From: Lytechinus pictus
Taxonomy: Eukaryota
Length of the DNA: 64,000 bases
Assembly (NCBI RefSeq): GCF_037042905.1
Contig: NC_087252.1
Span: 32,550,001-32,614,000 of the forward strand
Direction: 5' to 3'
Position 1 is the first letter of the stretch; every line of letters starts with the position of its first letter. Below the pieces are notes generated by a model that saw only the letters and a program-made list of their open reading frames with translations, made no database searches and was not told where the DNA came from. This document shows, in pieces, positions 38,830-50,930 of the stretch. The position numbers were made by a program, and so were the translations under genes.

Positions 38830-39308
38830 AGGGGAATTTCACCCTGACAAAAAGTGTATAGTAGAAAAAATAATAAAAAATACTGCTGAAGGTTTGAGAA
38901 GAATTCATCAAAGAATTAAAAAGTTATTAGAATTTCAATTACTTGATTTGTGACGTCATATGCGAGCCGCATTCCTACATAGCGAATGGTAAAAAATCAA
39001 TGAAATGTCATTTTTTCAGAAAATGGTTTTTACTGTACCTTTTGTATATCAATTTAGACAAATCATTGCACACCCGATCATGAATAGAAAACAAAATTAA
39101 GTCATCAGGAACCATACAAAATTTGAAATTCATGCATTTTATATTACATGACATATGGGGCAGCTGCTCGTTCATGACGTCACAAATACAAAACTTTGAA
39201 CTCTAATAACTTAATCTTTAATGGATTTTCCTCAAACCTTCACCAATATTTTTTATTATTTTTTCTGCTATTTTTACAACAAAGGTTTCTTCAGGGTGAA
39301 CTTCCCCT
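38830..39308. mobile_element. Kolobok-type MITE family D
   Basis: TTAA at 38826-38829 and 39309-39312. TIR AGGGGAATTTCACCCTGA / TCAGGGTGAACTTCCCCT. Degenerate relative at about 52035-52310. Confidence 0.88.
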
Positions 39309-39587
39309 TTAAAATTATTTTGAAGGAAATGGGTCTAGTATTGAAGACTATCAGTGCTGGTCTGGCTCATGTCTGGTCAACCCAGTGGGGAACTGAAAGT
39401 TTGAGGTCATGAAAGTAGGTTACAGGTCACTCAAAGGTCATCATAGATAGCATGTCATTGAGAATATCAGAGGAACCAAGTTTTTTTGAGTGTTTGCAGA
39501 TGCTTTGGGATTAGTTTCTATGATGGGTATTCAATATCATTAGCTAACTCTAGATCATTAGCTTTACAAGCCAATGTTTCAGTGTAT

Positions 39588-40215
39588 GGTGAGACTACCA
39601 CATATCGACCACCTCTTTTGAAACCGACCACCTTGCGCGCGTTAAAATTATTGCGTATTACAAACGATACGCGCGGGAGAGTAGGCGCAGTGTCCATAGA
39701 AATGGTAAGAATCGATTTTACGAGAAAAAAAGAAGCAACAAAAAGTAAAAATTTAGTAGAATTAATCAAAATTGTATTGACCAGACCCAAATCCCGCTGA
39801 AAAACCAAGAAATCCGATAGGAAACGGCTTTAGAACAAATATCCGTCGTCAATCGTCGAATCATGTGCCGGAGCTCGCAGTGGAAGTAGTGAGACGATCA
39901 TTTAGCATGTTGACATCATAGAACTGATTTGGAAGAATAAAAATATTTCGCCACCGTGACAAGAATCGGCCGTAAACTTAGTGTATCGCGGGTGGTCGGT
40001 TTCAAAAGACGGGTGCAAATGAGCAAATGTAAAATCGTCGTGTTCGTTGTTCGTCGATATATACGTGGATTGAATCGGAGTCGCCGAGCGAAACATGGGA
40101 ATCTGATCTGCTCAATTTTCTGCACAAATGAGACGAAAACTGGGTAAAATTGATGAATATTTTCGCAGATATGATGCTTAGAAGATTAGGTGGTCGATAA
40201 GGGGTAGTTCCAACC
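39588..40215. mobile_element. CpG-rich non-autonomous TIR element, GG..CC ends with AT flanks (ISL2EU-like)
   Basis: GGTGAGACTACCACATATCGACCACCT / AGGTGGTCGATAAGGGGTAGTTCCAACC. AT at 39586-39587 and 40216-40217. Internal inverted TTTTGAAACCGACCACC (about 39617) / GGTGGTCGGTTTCAAAA (about 39991). Superfamily call is tentative. Confidence 0.75.
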
Positions 40216-40411
40216 ATACTTACAATGTATAGGCCTACTATATGGATTCTATTGGATGTTGAGAGGTCAAGCTATAAGTTCGTTCATATCCCTCACACTA
40301 ATATCTTATTTATTGATTGATTTTGTGTTAATGTGCAGGGCAGGCTAAATTCGTAAGTAGAAATTTTAGTGACTTTAGAATGTGGAGTAAGTGAAAATAA
40401 ATCACTTTCAA

Positions 40412-40723
40412 AGGTCAAGTCCACCCCAGGAAAATGCTGACTTGAATAAATAGAGAAAAATAAAACTAATGAGGAGAAAATTAGAATATTTCATATTTCA
40501 TATAATAAAATACAAAAGAAATAGTGAGTGGATGACGTAATCAGTCTCCTCATTTGCATACCAACCAGGATGTGCATTTAACTGTTTTGTGAAATTAAGC
40601 GAAACTTTAAAATGTTATAACTTTCTTATTTTACATCCGATTTTGATGAAATTTTCAGTGATATACTTGTTGGATTTTTCTCTTTTTATTCAAATCAACT
40701 TTTTGTTGGGGTGGACTTGTCCT
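40412..40723. mobile_element. Kolobok family A, internally deleted copy
   Basis: Both TIRs present, with TCAA and TTAA flanks. About 280 bp missing relative to 1047-1637, junction near 40468. Confidence 0.9.
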
Positions 40724-41332
40724 TTAATCCATAACTTATTCAATCAATTCAAAGTACTCCTATATTGGGTTCTTCATTTCTTGCTTATGATCCATGTAAG
40801 TTGAGTCTGTGATCAATTTTAGGTTGATTTTGTGTTGATGAAGTGATGAATTTTCATTTCGATAGAGGCCTATACCATCACTGTTGATCAATGCTAGTAG
40901 CCCAATGGGAAATTGAATGAATGGCTATGTACATGTAAGAACAATCATATGAAAAGGGAACTTGCACATTATGTTACTAATTGTTATTAATTCTTTAACA
41001 AGCAGGTAGTTTTGCATATAAAGTGTATGTTAGGGAGCTCTTAATTTGACGTCCACCATTTACAGGCATCTTTTATGTTTTTTTTTACAAAATCAAAGCA
41101 ATAGGCCCTAATATTTGTGTCATCGTAGTTTGCTCTCAAAATGCAAAAAAAAATTCATGCAACCTTGGAGAAATTCCTGCGGAAGTTCTCGTTTATATCC
41201 AATTGTATGCATGCTTTTTAAACTTACAAAATGTTGATTTCCAAAACTTTCTCATGAAATCTTTTTTTTTTTGCTGCAACTAAAACAAAGTTCTTGGTTT
41301 TAATATCATCCTTTGTCAAGCATATACACTGG

Positions 41333-41687
41333 GTGAGGTGTTTCATAAAGCTGTTCGTAAGTTAAGAGCGACTTTAAGAACGACTGGTAAACCTTTCTTG
41401 TGGTAAATGGTATGTACCAAAATGTTGGTTTAGCGTGTAAGAAAGGTTCACCATTCGTTCTTAAAGTTGCTCTTAACTTACGAACAGCTTTATGAAACGG
41501 CCTCCAGGTAAATGGAGGTGTTTCATAAAGCTGTTCGTAAGTTACGAGCGACTTAAGAAATATCTGGTGATTCTTTCTTGAGCTGAATTACACGCACATT
41601 TGTCATTGGTGTGGATTTAGCATGTAAGAAAGGGTCACCAGTCATTCGTAAAGTCGCTCGTAACTTACGAACACCTTTATGAAACGG
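41333..41687. mobile_element. Two adjacent copies of the 19689 MITE family (about 41333-41504 and 41514-41687)
   Basis: Each has GTTTCATAAAGCTGTTCGTAAGTTA.GAGCGACTT and the matching inverted end. Confidence 0.88.
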
Positions 41688-41872
41688 TGACGCAACATTT
41701 GCGCCTGCAACAATTGCTCCTGACTTAACTTCGTCTAAGATGGAGGGTTAGGGATAGGGTTGCAATAGGGCTTACATTATGTTGGGTTTAGGGTAGGCTG
41801 TAGTGTGAAACCTAGGGTTGAAGCTGGTCATTTGATAAGTGTGTGGAATTTAGAGCGGAGCAAATGTGGAAC
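41686..41872 (-). mobile_element. Small MITE with (GGGTTA)-like interior
   Basis: ACATTTGCGCC..ACAATTGCTCC left end, GGAGCAAATGTGGAACC right end. Inverted relative to 42176-42382. Confidence 0.7.
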
Positions 41873-42175
41873 CTATGCAACAGCCACCCCGTGTGAGATG
41901 TCCTTTATGAACCAACCCCAAGGAAGATGCAAAAATGGTCTTTTGATAGCGAGCAGTCTATCAGACAGAATGTTAGGGTGGGGTTTGGTAAATGATGATC
42001 TATTTATTGACAACAACAGCTGCAGCTGTCGTGTAAAAGATCAAGGAAAAATTGATGGAATACCAGTTAGTACCTTATATTCAGACTGGAGGCGGGTAAG
42101 CCCTATGCACTCTAAGCATGCCAGTAGTCTGCTAATATAAACTCAAAATGATGTGTAAAGCTAATTATCTGTTGC

Positions 42176-42382
42176 GGTACCATGACATTTACTCTGGCGA
42201 CAATTGCTCGGCTGTAAATTCCACACGTTAATGGAATGACCAACTTCAACCCTGGATTTGATAATATACCCCCTATCCTAAACCTTACCCTTAACCTAAC
42301 ATAAAACCCTAGTACAACTTCTCTATCTTAGACGAAACAAAACTTGGAGCAATTGTCGCCGGAGCAAATGCCGTTTCATCAT
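42176..42382 (+). mobile_element. Small MITE with (TAACCC)-like interior
   Basis: GACATTTACTCTGGCGACAATTGCTC / GAGCAATTGTCGCCGGAGCAAATG inverted ends. Confidence 0.75.
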
Positions 42383-42467
42383 TGTTGCAGCAAACTATTT
42401 CATGAGAAAGTCGTTAGCAATCAAGAATGATCGTTGCTGTACCATCATAGATAATATCTGGTTTATA

Positions 42468-42703
42468 AACTCTGAAGCCATGAATCTAGGCTGAAAAATG
42501 AACACACTGAAGATCGCCAACACAGATAAGCTCATGTGGGACAGCGTATTTTAATTGCAAGGAAAAAGACCCATTGTTGCCATACCATCGTAGATCAACT
42601 CTGAAATCATGAAATCTAGGCTGAAAAATAACCACGCTGAAGATCACCAACACAGATAAGCTCATGTGGGACAGTGTATTATCATTGCTCGGAAAAAGAC
42701 CCA
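42468..42703. repeat. Two-unit direct repeat (about 129 bp) of a dispersed element segment
   Basis: AACTCTGAA...CCAACACAGATAAGCTCATGTGGGACAG..GAAAAAGACCCA twice. Homologous to 49425-49485 and, inverted, to 50315-50342 plus 50931-50975. Confidence 0.85.
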
Positions 42704-43239
42704 CATACTGGAATGCCATGCTTTTTTGTCAATTTCTCGGCTATATCTTGCCATTATGGATTTTGTTACAATTTGTCACATTTACATATCCTATGCATAC
42801 ACAATAGGCAGTATTCTGATAATTAAATTTATGATCAACCCTAGTTTAAACTGAAATTTTAAACCACTCTGCAATGGAATATCTTCCATATTCATGACAA
42901 TTATATTGAAATTCATTACTTATGTATTTTCCTATTCCCATTTCATGACTCAATTAATTTTTCGACAACTTCTTGAAGCAGGAAACAAATTATTTTTAAT
43001 TAGGGAATGAGTTGACAACTGACACTACATAAAAGTGTGGTCAAACCTAGGATTAATTATGAGTAAACTATGGCTATCATACCACCCAATGCCAGACTAA
43101 TCAGATGTTTTTGCCACCAAAACTAGAGATGAGCTTTAACTTTAAAGTCTTGGAGTCTGTGAGTCTACTGATACCAGGAGACTTATATTTGCTTCTGTAA
43201 TTAATTCTATTTTGTTGACAATGGTCCCTTTTGCTTTAA

Positions 43240-43840
43240 AGGTCAAGTCCACCTCAGAAAAATGTTGATTTGAATCAATAGAGAAAAATCAGACAAGCAC
43301 AATGCTAAAAATTTCATCAAAATCGGATGTAAAATAAGAAAGTTATGACATTTCAAAGTTTCGCTTATTTTTAACAAAATAGTTACATGAACGAGCCAGT
43401 TACATCCAAATTAGAGAGTCGATGATGTCACTCACTCACTATTTCTTTTGTTTTTTATTGTTTGAATTAAACAATATTTCAATTTTTACGAATTTGACGA
43501 TTAGGACCTCATTGCCTGAACCACAAAATGTTAAAATAATGGAATTCTACGTGTTCAGGGAGGAATGAAACTTCATTTCATATGACAATGACGAGAAAAT
43601 CAAAATATTTCATATTTCATATAATAAAATACAAAAGAAATAGTGAGTGAGTGATGTCATCGGTTCCCTCATTTGCATTTCGACCGGGATGCGCATAACT
43701 GTTTTGTGAAATGAAGCGAAACTTTAAAATGTCATAACTTTCTTATTTTACATCCGATTTTGATGAAATTTTCAGTGTTATGCTCGTTGAATTTTTCTCT
43801 TTTTATTCAAATCAAGTTTTTGTTGGGGTGGACTTGTCCT
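43240..43840. mobile_element. Kolobok family A, full length (divergent subfamily)
   Basis: TTAA at 43236-43239 and 43841-43844. Same TIRs and colinear interior as 1047-1637. Confidence 0.92.
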
Positions 43841-44319
43841 TTAAGTAACAACCTGTTTCCACAATAACAGTATGTTGAACAGGGTTTTATCATATCCTGA
43901 ATATTTTCAAGCCATTTGCTATATTGCGAAGTATCGAATAATATTTGTCCGTCTCCAGGGTTTGTGATATTATGTATTGTTATGTATAGACTCTATAGAA
44001 TTACTGGTAGGCCTATACATGATAATATAACGGTTCGTGTCTGCCAACTCGTATCTCTACGGTGTTTACTGTCGGCTATTGTGTTCAGCCAGGCTTAAAC
44101 AGGTCTCATTTCAGCATTAGGAGATTAGTCTAGTTCCCCTAGCCCCCCTAGCCCTGGGCGTTTCCCCTCCTGTGTCTGCAATTAAAACCAGTCGACCGTA
44201 CAGATGAAAAAATCGACCAGAATCAATGCTGAAAATCTTCAAGCTCTTGTCTATTTAGGTGGGCCTACATAGTACATGTATGATTTCAATTGTGTAGATG
44301 AAAGCATTTGGAGTATAAA

Positions 44320-44780
44320 TTGGAATACTGCCACTTGAGAGCCGTTGGCTGTCTGTATCCAATGCATTGGGCGAACGTCCAGTTGTGTTCTCCAGTACGT
44401 GTCTAGCAAACAAGCCGTGAAGCGCCGAGCTCTGGTTGTGGAGTTCATCGAGAGTTCACGGGTCTGTGGAGTAGACTATCTCATCTCCTATCTATCTCTC
44501 TCCTTCATTTCATTCTGTCTGGCTTCCAGGAGCTGACCTAGTTGAGATCGAGGGCTATTATAGAGGGAGGGGTGGACTGAGTGTGTGTGTGTGTGTGTGG
44601 GGGGGGGGGGGGTGGAATATTGCTGTAAAGAGATTGCAGCCAGCTTATGGGGGGGGGGGGTATAAAAAATACATTGATCAAAATGGTATGACAAGGCCTG
44701 CATGTATATGTTTAGTTTGCAGACAAGTACAGTAAAACCAGCTTTGATAGGAGATGCATGCTGTTGACAGAACAGGTGAG
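44320..44780. promoter_or_regulatory. Small CpG-retaining promoter/enhancer-like block
   Basis: Palindromic double CCAAT (CCAATGCATTGG, about 44359), several CpGs, CT and GT microsatellites, and donor-like CAG|GTGAGA at 44775. Confidence 0.35.
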
Positions 44781-46145
44781 AAAGCATTCATTTTGATAGA
44801 AAGGGGAGGGGGGGGGGGGAGGTAGGTCTACCCACTTCTTAATTTGGTAAGGGGGGAGGTTATATGTTGTGACTGAATACAGGGGGTTGCAATGCCAATA
44901 AAATGGTATACAGCATGTACATGTTGGGTATCTGTATAAATCCTTTCCAGACACATTTGCAGACTAGTATAATATAGGCCTAATGGATGGTAGGTTTATA
45001 TCGCGCTGTAGGCTGGGTGTGTGTTATCCCTTTCATTTCATAAGTGTGTCTTCCATTCTCATACATGTATGTACATTAACAAGACACTGTGATGGGCCTC
45101 CGACTGTCTGGTGCGCTGGTGACATATTAAACATGGTAATGAGCAGGGGGAGATCGAGACAGACTGACAGAGAGAGAGAAAAAAAATTATCTTTGGCAAG
45201 GACGAATCGTGTAATTGAGGAGAGGGGAATGAATTGATTTGTATAATTAAATATGAGAGGAGAGATAAAGGGAGCACTTGTATGATATCTGTAGGGCTTA
45301 CATGGCAACTGACACTGGTATAATGCTTTAAAAGGGAGGGGGACACCCCAAAGTTTACCACCGGAAAATTAAATATTCAATAAATATTGTATTATTCCCA
45401 ATCAAAATATATAATTTGTCCGTGTCTTTGGTATTATCTCTAAGACTGAAATGGTATTGAAATATGTTGATTTTGTGACTAACATTCATTAGAAATATTT
45501 GGGGGTAGGGGCTGGTGACTTCTACAGTTTCCGATGTAAACACAATTTTTGTAAAAAAAAAACAGAACAACAATCCTCTATATTGCACACCATCAAAATG
45601 TTATTTGATATCTTGTAGATTCATTTTTTATGGTATATTGAAATACATATATTTTGACTTTGTGACTTGCTCGCTTCACTCGCCCATTCACAAAAAAATA
45701 TTGTTTTCCACCTAAAACTAGCCCTTCAAATTTTTTGCCTCTGTGCTATTTGCTACTCTTTAAAATGTACTCTTTAAAATGTATTGAATTTTAAACCATA
45801 TACACTGAGCCCTACACGTAGGATCGACCGGGTTTATCATCTATAGAATATACATAAAAAGATGAGATTTAGTATGAAACTGGTTGAATTCTGTGAAGTT
45901 TAAAGCAACTCCAGAGTCCCCACATAGAAAACCAGGGCCCCATACGTGTTTACAAAGCTCAATGGAAATAAAGCGGGGAAAACATAATATGATTACCAGC
46001 TGTTTCGAAAGACAAGATGATATGACACTGAAAAATCAATTCATATTTCAAACCGTTTACCATTTAATTTTCTACTTTTTCACAAAAAAAAACGTAAAAC
46101 AAGCCCATAGAGAAAGAGGAAAGGGGGAGATTGATATGAAACCAT

Positions 46146-46277
46146 GGCCCCGGTAGCACGGAGCTTAGTGTTTGATCGTAAACTGATATTTACACTTGAT
46201 TACATTGCTTATTATGTGCAATCAAGAGTACAAATCAACTCTATGATCAATCATCAAGCGTTGTGAAACACGGCCCC
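46146..46277. mobile_element. Small Harbinger-like MITE, CAT TSD
   Basis: GGCCCCGGT.. / ..ACGGCCCC imperfect ends. CAT at 46143-46145 and 46278-46280. Confidence 0.6.
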
Positions 46278-47239
46278 CATCATGAGATAGAGCCTATGCA
46301 AGCACTAAGTAAATTTCTGTCTGGAATTTATGTGTACATAAAAAGCTACCTGTCTGTCTGCTCTGTCTGCTGTGTGCTTTTCATACATGTATAATGCATG
46401 CAACCTATGAATGGCTTTATTATGAAAGGCTTTATGCACACTGTCTTATCCAATGCTAGTCTATGTGTGAATACCCGTTGATCAAAGCATAACATTGGCT
46501 TTCTGGAAATTAAGGATTTTTCAAAATTTTGTGTGGGCAGCGTAAGATTAACTATTCACTTTGACTTTGTAATGGAAATGGTTTTATGAAGGCGTTTCCA
46601 TGGAAACTTGATTTAGAATGTGTGACCTAATATGTAATATCCATCGTTAAGCTAATGTTCATGTATTCGGCCTTTTCAAAAATGCAGTTTGTGGTTGTGA
46701 GCTGCGCTTTTGGATCTACGTTGGTCGTAAATGTAAGCGCAAGGAATAATATTTGATTATATCATTTGGATAATTTACTGTTGATTATGTTTTGGGACAG
46801 TGATTTTCCATTTCAAAAAAATGTCCTTTTCCGTTTCTGAAAACCTGTTGTTCTGTTATGCCATAGAACTATGTCCAGCAAAAACAGGAATAACGTTTTG
46901 CAAAAGTAAAGAGCCAAAACTGATGTTCTGTTTTGTTTTACAGGGAAAATGGAAAATCACTTCATGCAAATGTTGCCTTCCACCTATAGTATTTGAATAT
47001 TCATATCAATATGAAGGAGATATGTGGGATAAATGAATAGGTATTCCTTAACAACCATGACCAAATCGATATTATTGCCTTCAAGGGGAGTGTTTAACAA
47101 CCATGACCAAAACTGATAACAGCCTTCAAGGGGCGTGTTTCATATAAACAAATAGTGATTTTAAAATCCTTGAATCTAATTGGCTGAGAAAAAACTGTTC
47201 ATGGAAACCTTCCTGTTGCCATGACATTCAGTCTTTTGA

Positions 47240-47700
47240 GCTATGTGGCGGAGTGTTATTTTATAGAGCAATAGTGGTGTGGTAGATAATTTGTGGCCAG
47301 AGCAACTGGAGTTGCAAGTGTGGTGGAGTAATTCTAGCAAAGAAATTGTTGCAAAACAAATGAGAATATTGGGCAGTGTAATCGTGTTAGACATTTTGTG
47401 GCAGAGTAATTGTAATTTGAGAATTGTGGCAGAGCAGTTGTGGAAAATCTTGACAGAGAGGTTGTAGTGGAAAATTGTGGCAGTGTAATTGTGGAGATTT
47501 TGTTGCAGAGCAGCTGTATTTGAGAATTTGTGGTAGATCAATATTAGATAATTCGTGGCAGAACAATCTATAAATTTGTGGCAGAGCAATTGTGGAGATT
47601 TTGTGGCAGACCAGAGTTGTAGTGGAAAATTTGTGGTAGAGCCATTGTAGTGGAGAATTTGTGGCAAACAGATATTATATGGGAGCATTTGTTTGAGAGC
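47240..47700. repeat. Degenerate TTGTGG(CAGAG) short-period array
   Basis: More than 20 TTGTGG/TTGTAG motifs at roughly 10-22 bp spacing. Confidence 0.8.
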
Positions 47701-47739
47701 AAACTTTTGAAATATATGTTGCAGAACCTGATCTGTTTT

Positions 47740-47962
47740 GACGGCGATGCAAGAAACTTGCGATCAATTGCAAGTCTATTTTCGGTCCTCAAACATTGAT
47801 ACATATATGTCTTGTAATCAATTGTAAATTTGTGATTGTTTGATGATATGCTATTTGCAAGGAGTGGTATCTGACTTGCTACTGCTTTATTGATCTATGA
47901 ATTGCTACAGAATGTTTGCAATCATCGGCAATTGATTGCAAATATTTTCTTGCAACACCCCC
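47740..47962. mobile_element. Degenerate MITE
   Basis: TGCAAGAAA..TTGCGATCAATTGC inverted against GCAATTGATTGCAAA..TTTCTTGCA. Confidence 0.6.
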
Positions 47963-48589
47963 AATGTTTGAAAAATCATCACCATTGCATGCCAGACTAA
48001 CATCTTGTTTTCAGACGAGATGTATTGAACCATTGGAGTGATCTGTCTAGACTATTGTATTTTGATCCAGTTCATATCATGCACCAGTGAATAGGCATAG
48101 AATTAAACAGGACAGGAATAGAACATTCGTTTTGGTTTCTATGTAAGTTACAGTGCTTCAGAAATTGAATTTATACTAACTTTTATCTTTCTTTGTTACT
48201 TGTATTTTCAATTACATATAATCACGCTTATATTGGCTCAATCTAGACAATAGAGGGCAGCATTCAACCAAACAAGAACAGGCCTTTTTTTTTTCTGCTC
48301 GTAAAACGTCACCTTGTATTCTATTTCGCCTTTGGCTTTAATAAGATGTCAAATTTGAATGTTATGAAGTATTGAATTTTTTTCAACTAGATGCTTTTAA
48401 AATAACCCTCAGCAAAAACTGATGTTGACAGGTTGAGTGCACCCAAAAGGGAAGTTTATTTGTACAAGTGAAGAAATAATCAGAGAAATGAAGACTGAAG
48501 TTTTATTGAAATGTACCTGTAAGAAGAATTTACAAAATTGTAGCATTTTCAAGTTTCTCTTATTTTCACAAAATGGTTATCACATCCAG

Positions 48590-48858
48590 GGCCCCGTCTT
48601 ACAAAGAGTTACGATTGATCCAATCAATCGTAACTATGGAAATCCATCAGTGTCATAATTTTTTCTCCGGGAAATTTGCAAAATGTCCTTTGTCAACAAA
48701 GGAAAACACACAAAATTGTCAAGAAATCAATGAAATATATGGATATTCATTCATATCTAGATTTTTTTTGAACAAACATGCATTTTATATGTTGACTTTG
48801 CTGGCTTTCCATAGTTGCAATTGATCGAATCAATCACAACTCTTTGTAAGACGGGCCC
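48590..48858. mobile_element. CWG-flanked Harbinger-like MITE
   Basis: TIR GGCCCCGTCTTACAAAGAGTT / AACTCTTTGTAAGACGGGCCC, flanked by CAG and CTG. Confidence 0.85.
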
Positions 48859-50342
48859 CTGGTCTGTGTTATGAGGAAGTGATGATATGGCACACTGGTC
48901 TTGATTGGTCTTTTTAGTGATTGATCGCTAATCTGTGTGTTAAGGGCCCCAGGCCTGTATGATAAGGAAGTGATGAAATGGCACACTCACCGTTTTATTA
49001 TATGAAATATAGTGATTTTTGTAATTTTGATATATAATATAATGAAAAACATCACCACCAAATCATGAATTATTTTTAAAAAATGAGTTCTCAGTTTCCA
49101 TGACGATTCAAACCAAGAGTTAAAATGGACAAATTAGAATATTTCATGTCACAAAATGCAGAAGAAATACTGACTAGTGAGTATGCAACATCACATTGTA
49201 TAGAATAAATGACTTTTGTTGGTAGGTCTCTTGTTTTACACTTGATTTCAGTGACACTTTGAGTGGTAAAGGTAAAAGAATGTAGATGCAGCAAACAATT
49301 ATTTCATGAGAAAGGCTTTAAAATCAAAGTTGGTTGTCACCATGTTATCACATATTTACATGTGGTACATTAACTTACATAAACTTATCAGTTTGAAATG
49401 AAATGATAGCGGAAAACCAATAATCTGATGGTTACTAACACAGGAAAGCTTATTTGGGACAGTGCTTTAATATTGCTCAGAAAAATACGTTTGATGGAAT
49501 TCAACGTTCATTTTGCGCATTTATCAGCAATTACACATTTGTTTTCAGGGCCTTTAGCACATGTAAACTTTTTATTTGTAAAATTTATACAAACATATGG
49601 GTGGTCATTTTATTGGGTTCTCTTTGAACTCATGTTGAGATCATGACCACAACTGGCATTTATCTTTGAACCTGTTTTATTTTCTATAGATATTTATACA
49701 TGGACTGTAAACTTTGTCTTGGGATAGACTTGACCTTTAGCTTCATGGGTGATTTTACTCTCATTTCCTTCAGTTAAAATAAACCTGACATGAGTATGAT
49801 CTTCCTTTTTCAAATATCTGGAAAACATTCTTCCCATATTCTGAAGTTTTGTTTAACTCCAAGATTAACTGCCAAAATTGCGGGAAACCAAAATTGTTAA
49901 AATTGTGTTTCATTGTATATACTCTGTTCTTTCTCCATGCTTTTATTGTGGAGAAAACTATTTTATTCTTAATCCCGAGACAGGTATAATTGCTCTGAGT
50001 GCCAAGCAAGCTGATAAATTGATAATTTACTGATACAAATTTTTGTCGTGATTGGCCATCCATAGTCGAACCGCAAAACTTTAAAACTAGTAAATTTTCA
50101 CATGAAAATGAAGTCCCAAAGCAAATTTCCCGCTTTCTTAATGATAACATGGAAAATCACTCTTCCTGTAGTTGTGTTAAAAATCTGAAAATAAGATGAC
50201 CACTGAAGTGTATTTTGTAGGAATAGAAAAAAAAAAATGTGTCAAATGATTCTACCAGAAAATGTGTAATTGCTGAGAAACTGATAAAACAAGCTTGGTG
50301 TTCTGGTCAAATGTTTGGTCTTATCCCCAAGCAGAATACACT

Positions 50343-50930
50343 AGGGTCATCTCAGGGGTGTGAGAGTTCAGATTTTTATCTGATTTCAGATTTTTTGTTT
50401 TGATTTTCAGCTTAATTTCAGCTTATTTTTGGCTTTCCTCTGTACAAAAAGTATGGGAGCTTTTTCTATTTCAGACTTTTTCAACACTCTTCAGCTTTTT
50501 TCAGATCTTTTTATTTGTGATCACTCACACCCCTGGGTCATCTGCACCCGAAAAATTCAAATTAGCACGCTATTTCTGATCGGGCAAATTATCCAGATCT
50601 GAACAATCTTGAGATTATTTGTAATGGAAGCGCAATTATCGCACTAGTTCAATGGATTAATCCCGAGATTGCAATCCCAATTCAACTTGGGATTATTTGC
50701 ACAATATTGCGTTTTGTTACAAATGATCCTGATAATTCGCAGGTGCAGATGCACTCGGGATTATTTATTCACGGCGTCACACCATAATGCATCGATGCCT
50801 CGCTCGAGCAGGAATCGCTCTTCTTGCGATGGTGGAGATGGGGTTTCTTGAATCTCAAGATTAATCGCGAAGAGGGCTGATTGGCTAAAATATCGAGATT
50901 GAGCAAACTCGGGCTGGTGCAGCACCACCT
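50343..50930. mobile_element. TIR element with AGG..CCT ends and 3-bp TSD ACT (Harbinger-like), containing a hAT MITE
   Basis: ACT at 50340-50342 and 50931-50933. Ends AGGGTCATCTGCACC / GGTGCAGCACCACCT once the inner insert is removed. Confidence 0.72.
50353..50535. mobile_element. hAT-type MITE
   Basis: TIR CAGGGGTGTGAG / CTCACACCCCTG. Perfect 8-bp TSD GGTCATCT at 50345-50352 and 50536-50543. Interior rich in TTTCAG(A/C). Confidence 0.92.

Noticed and set aside
47176-47688. 170-aa repetitive ORF
   Set aside because: Translation of the TTGTGG array; no splice or codon support.
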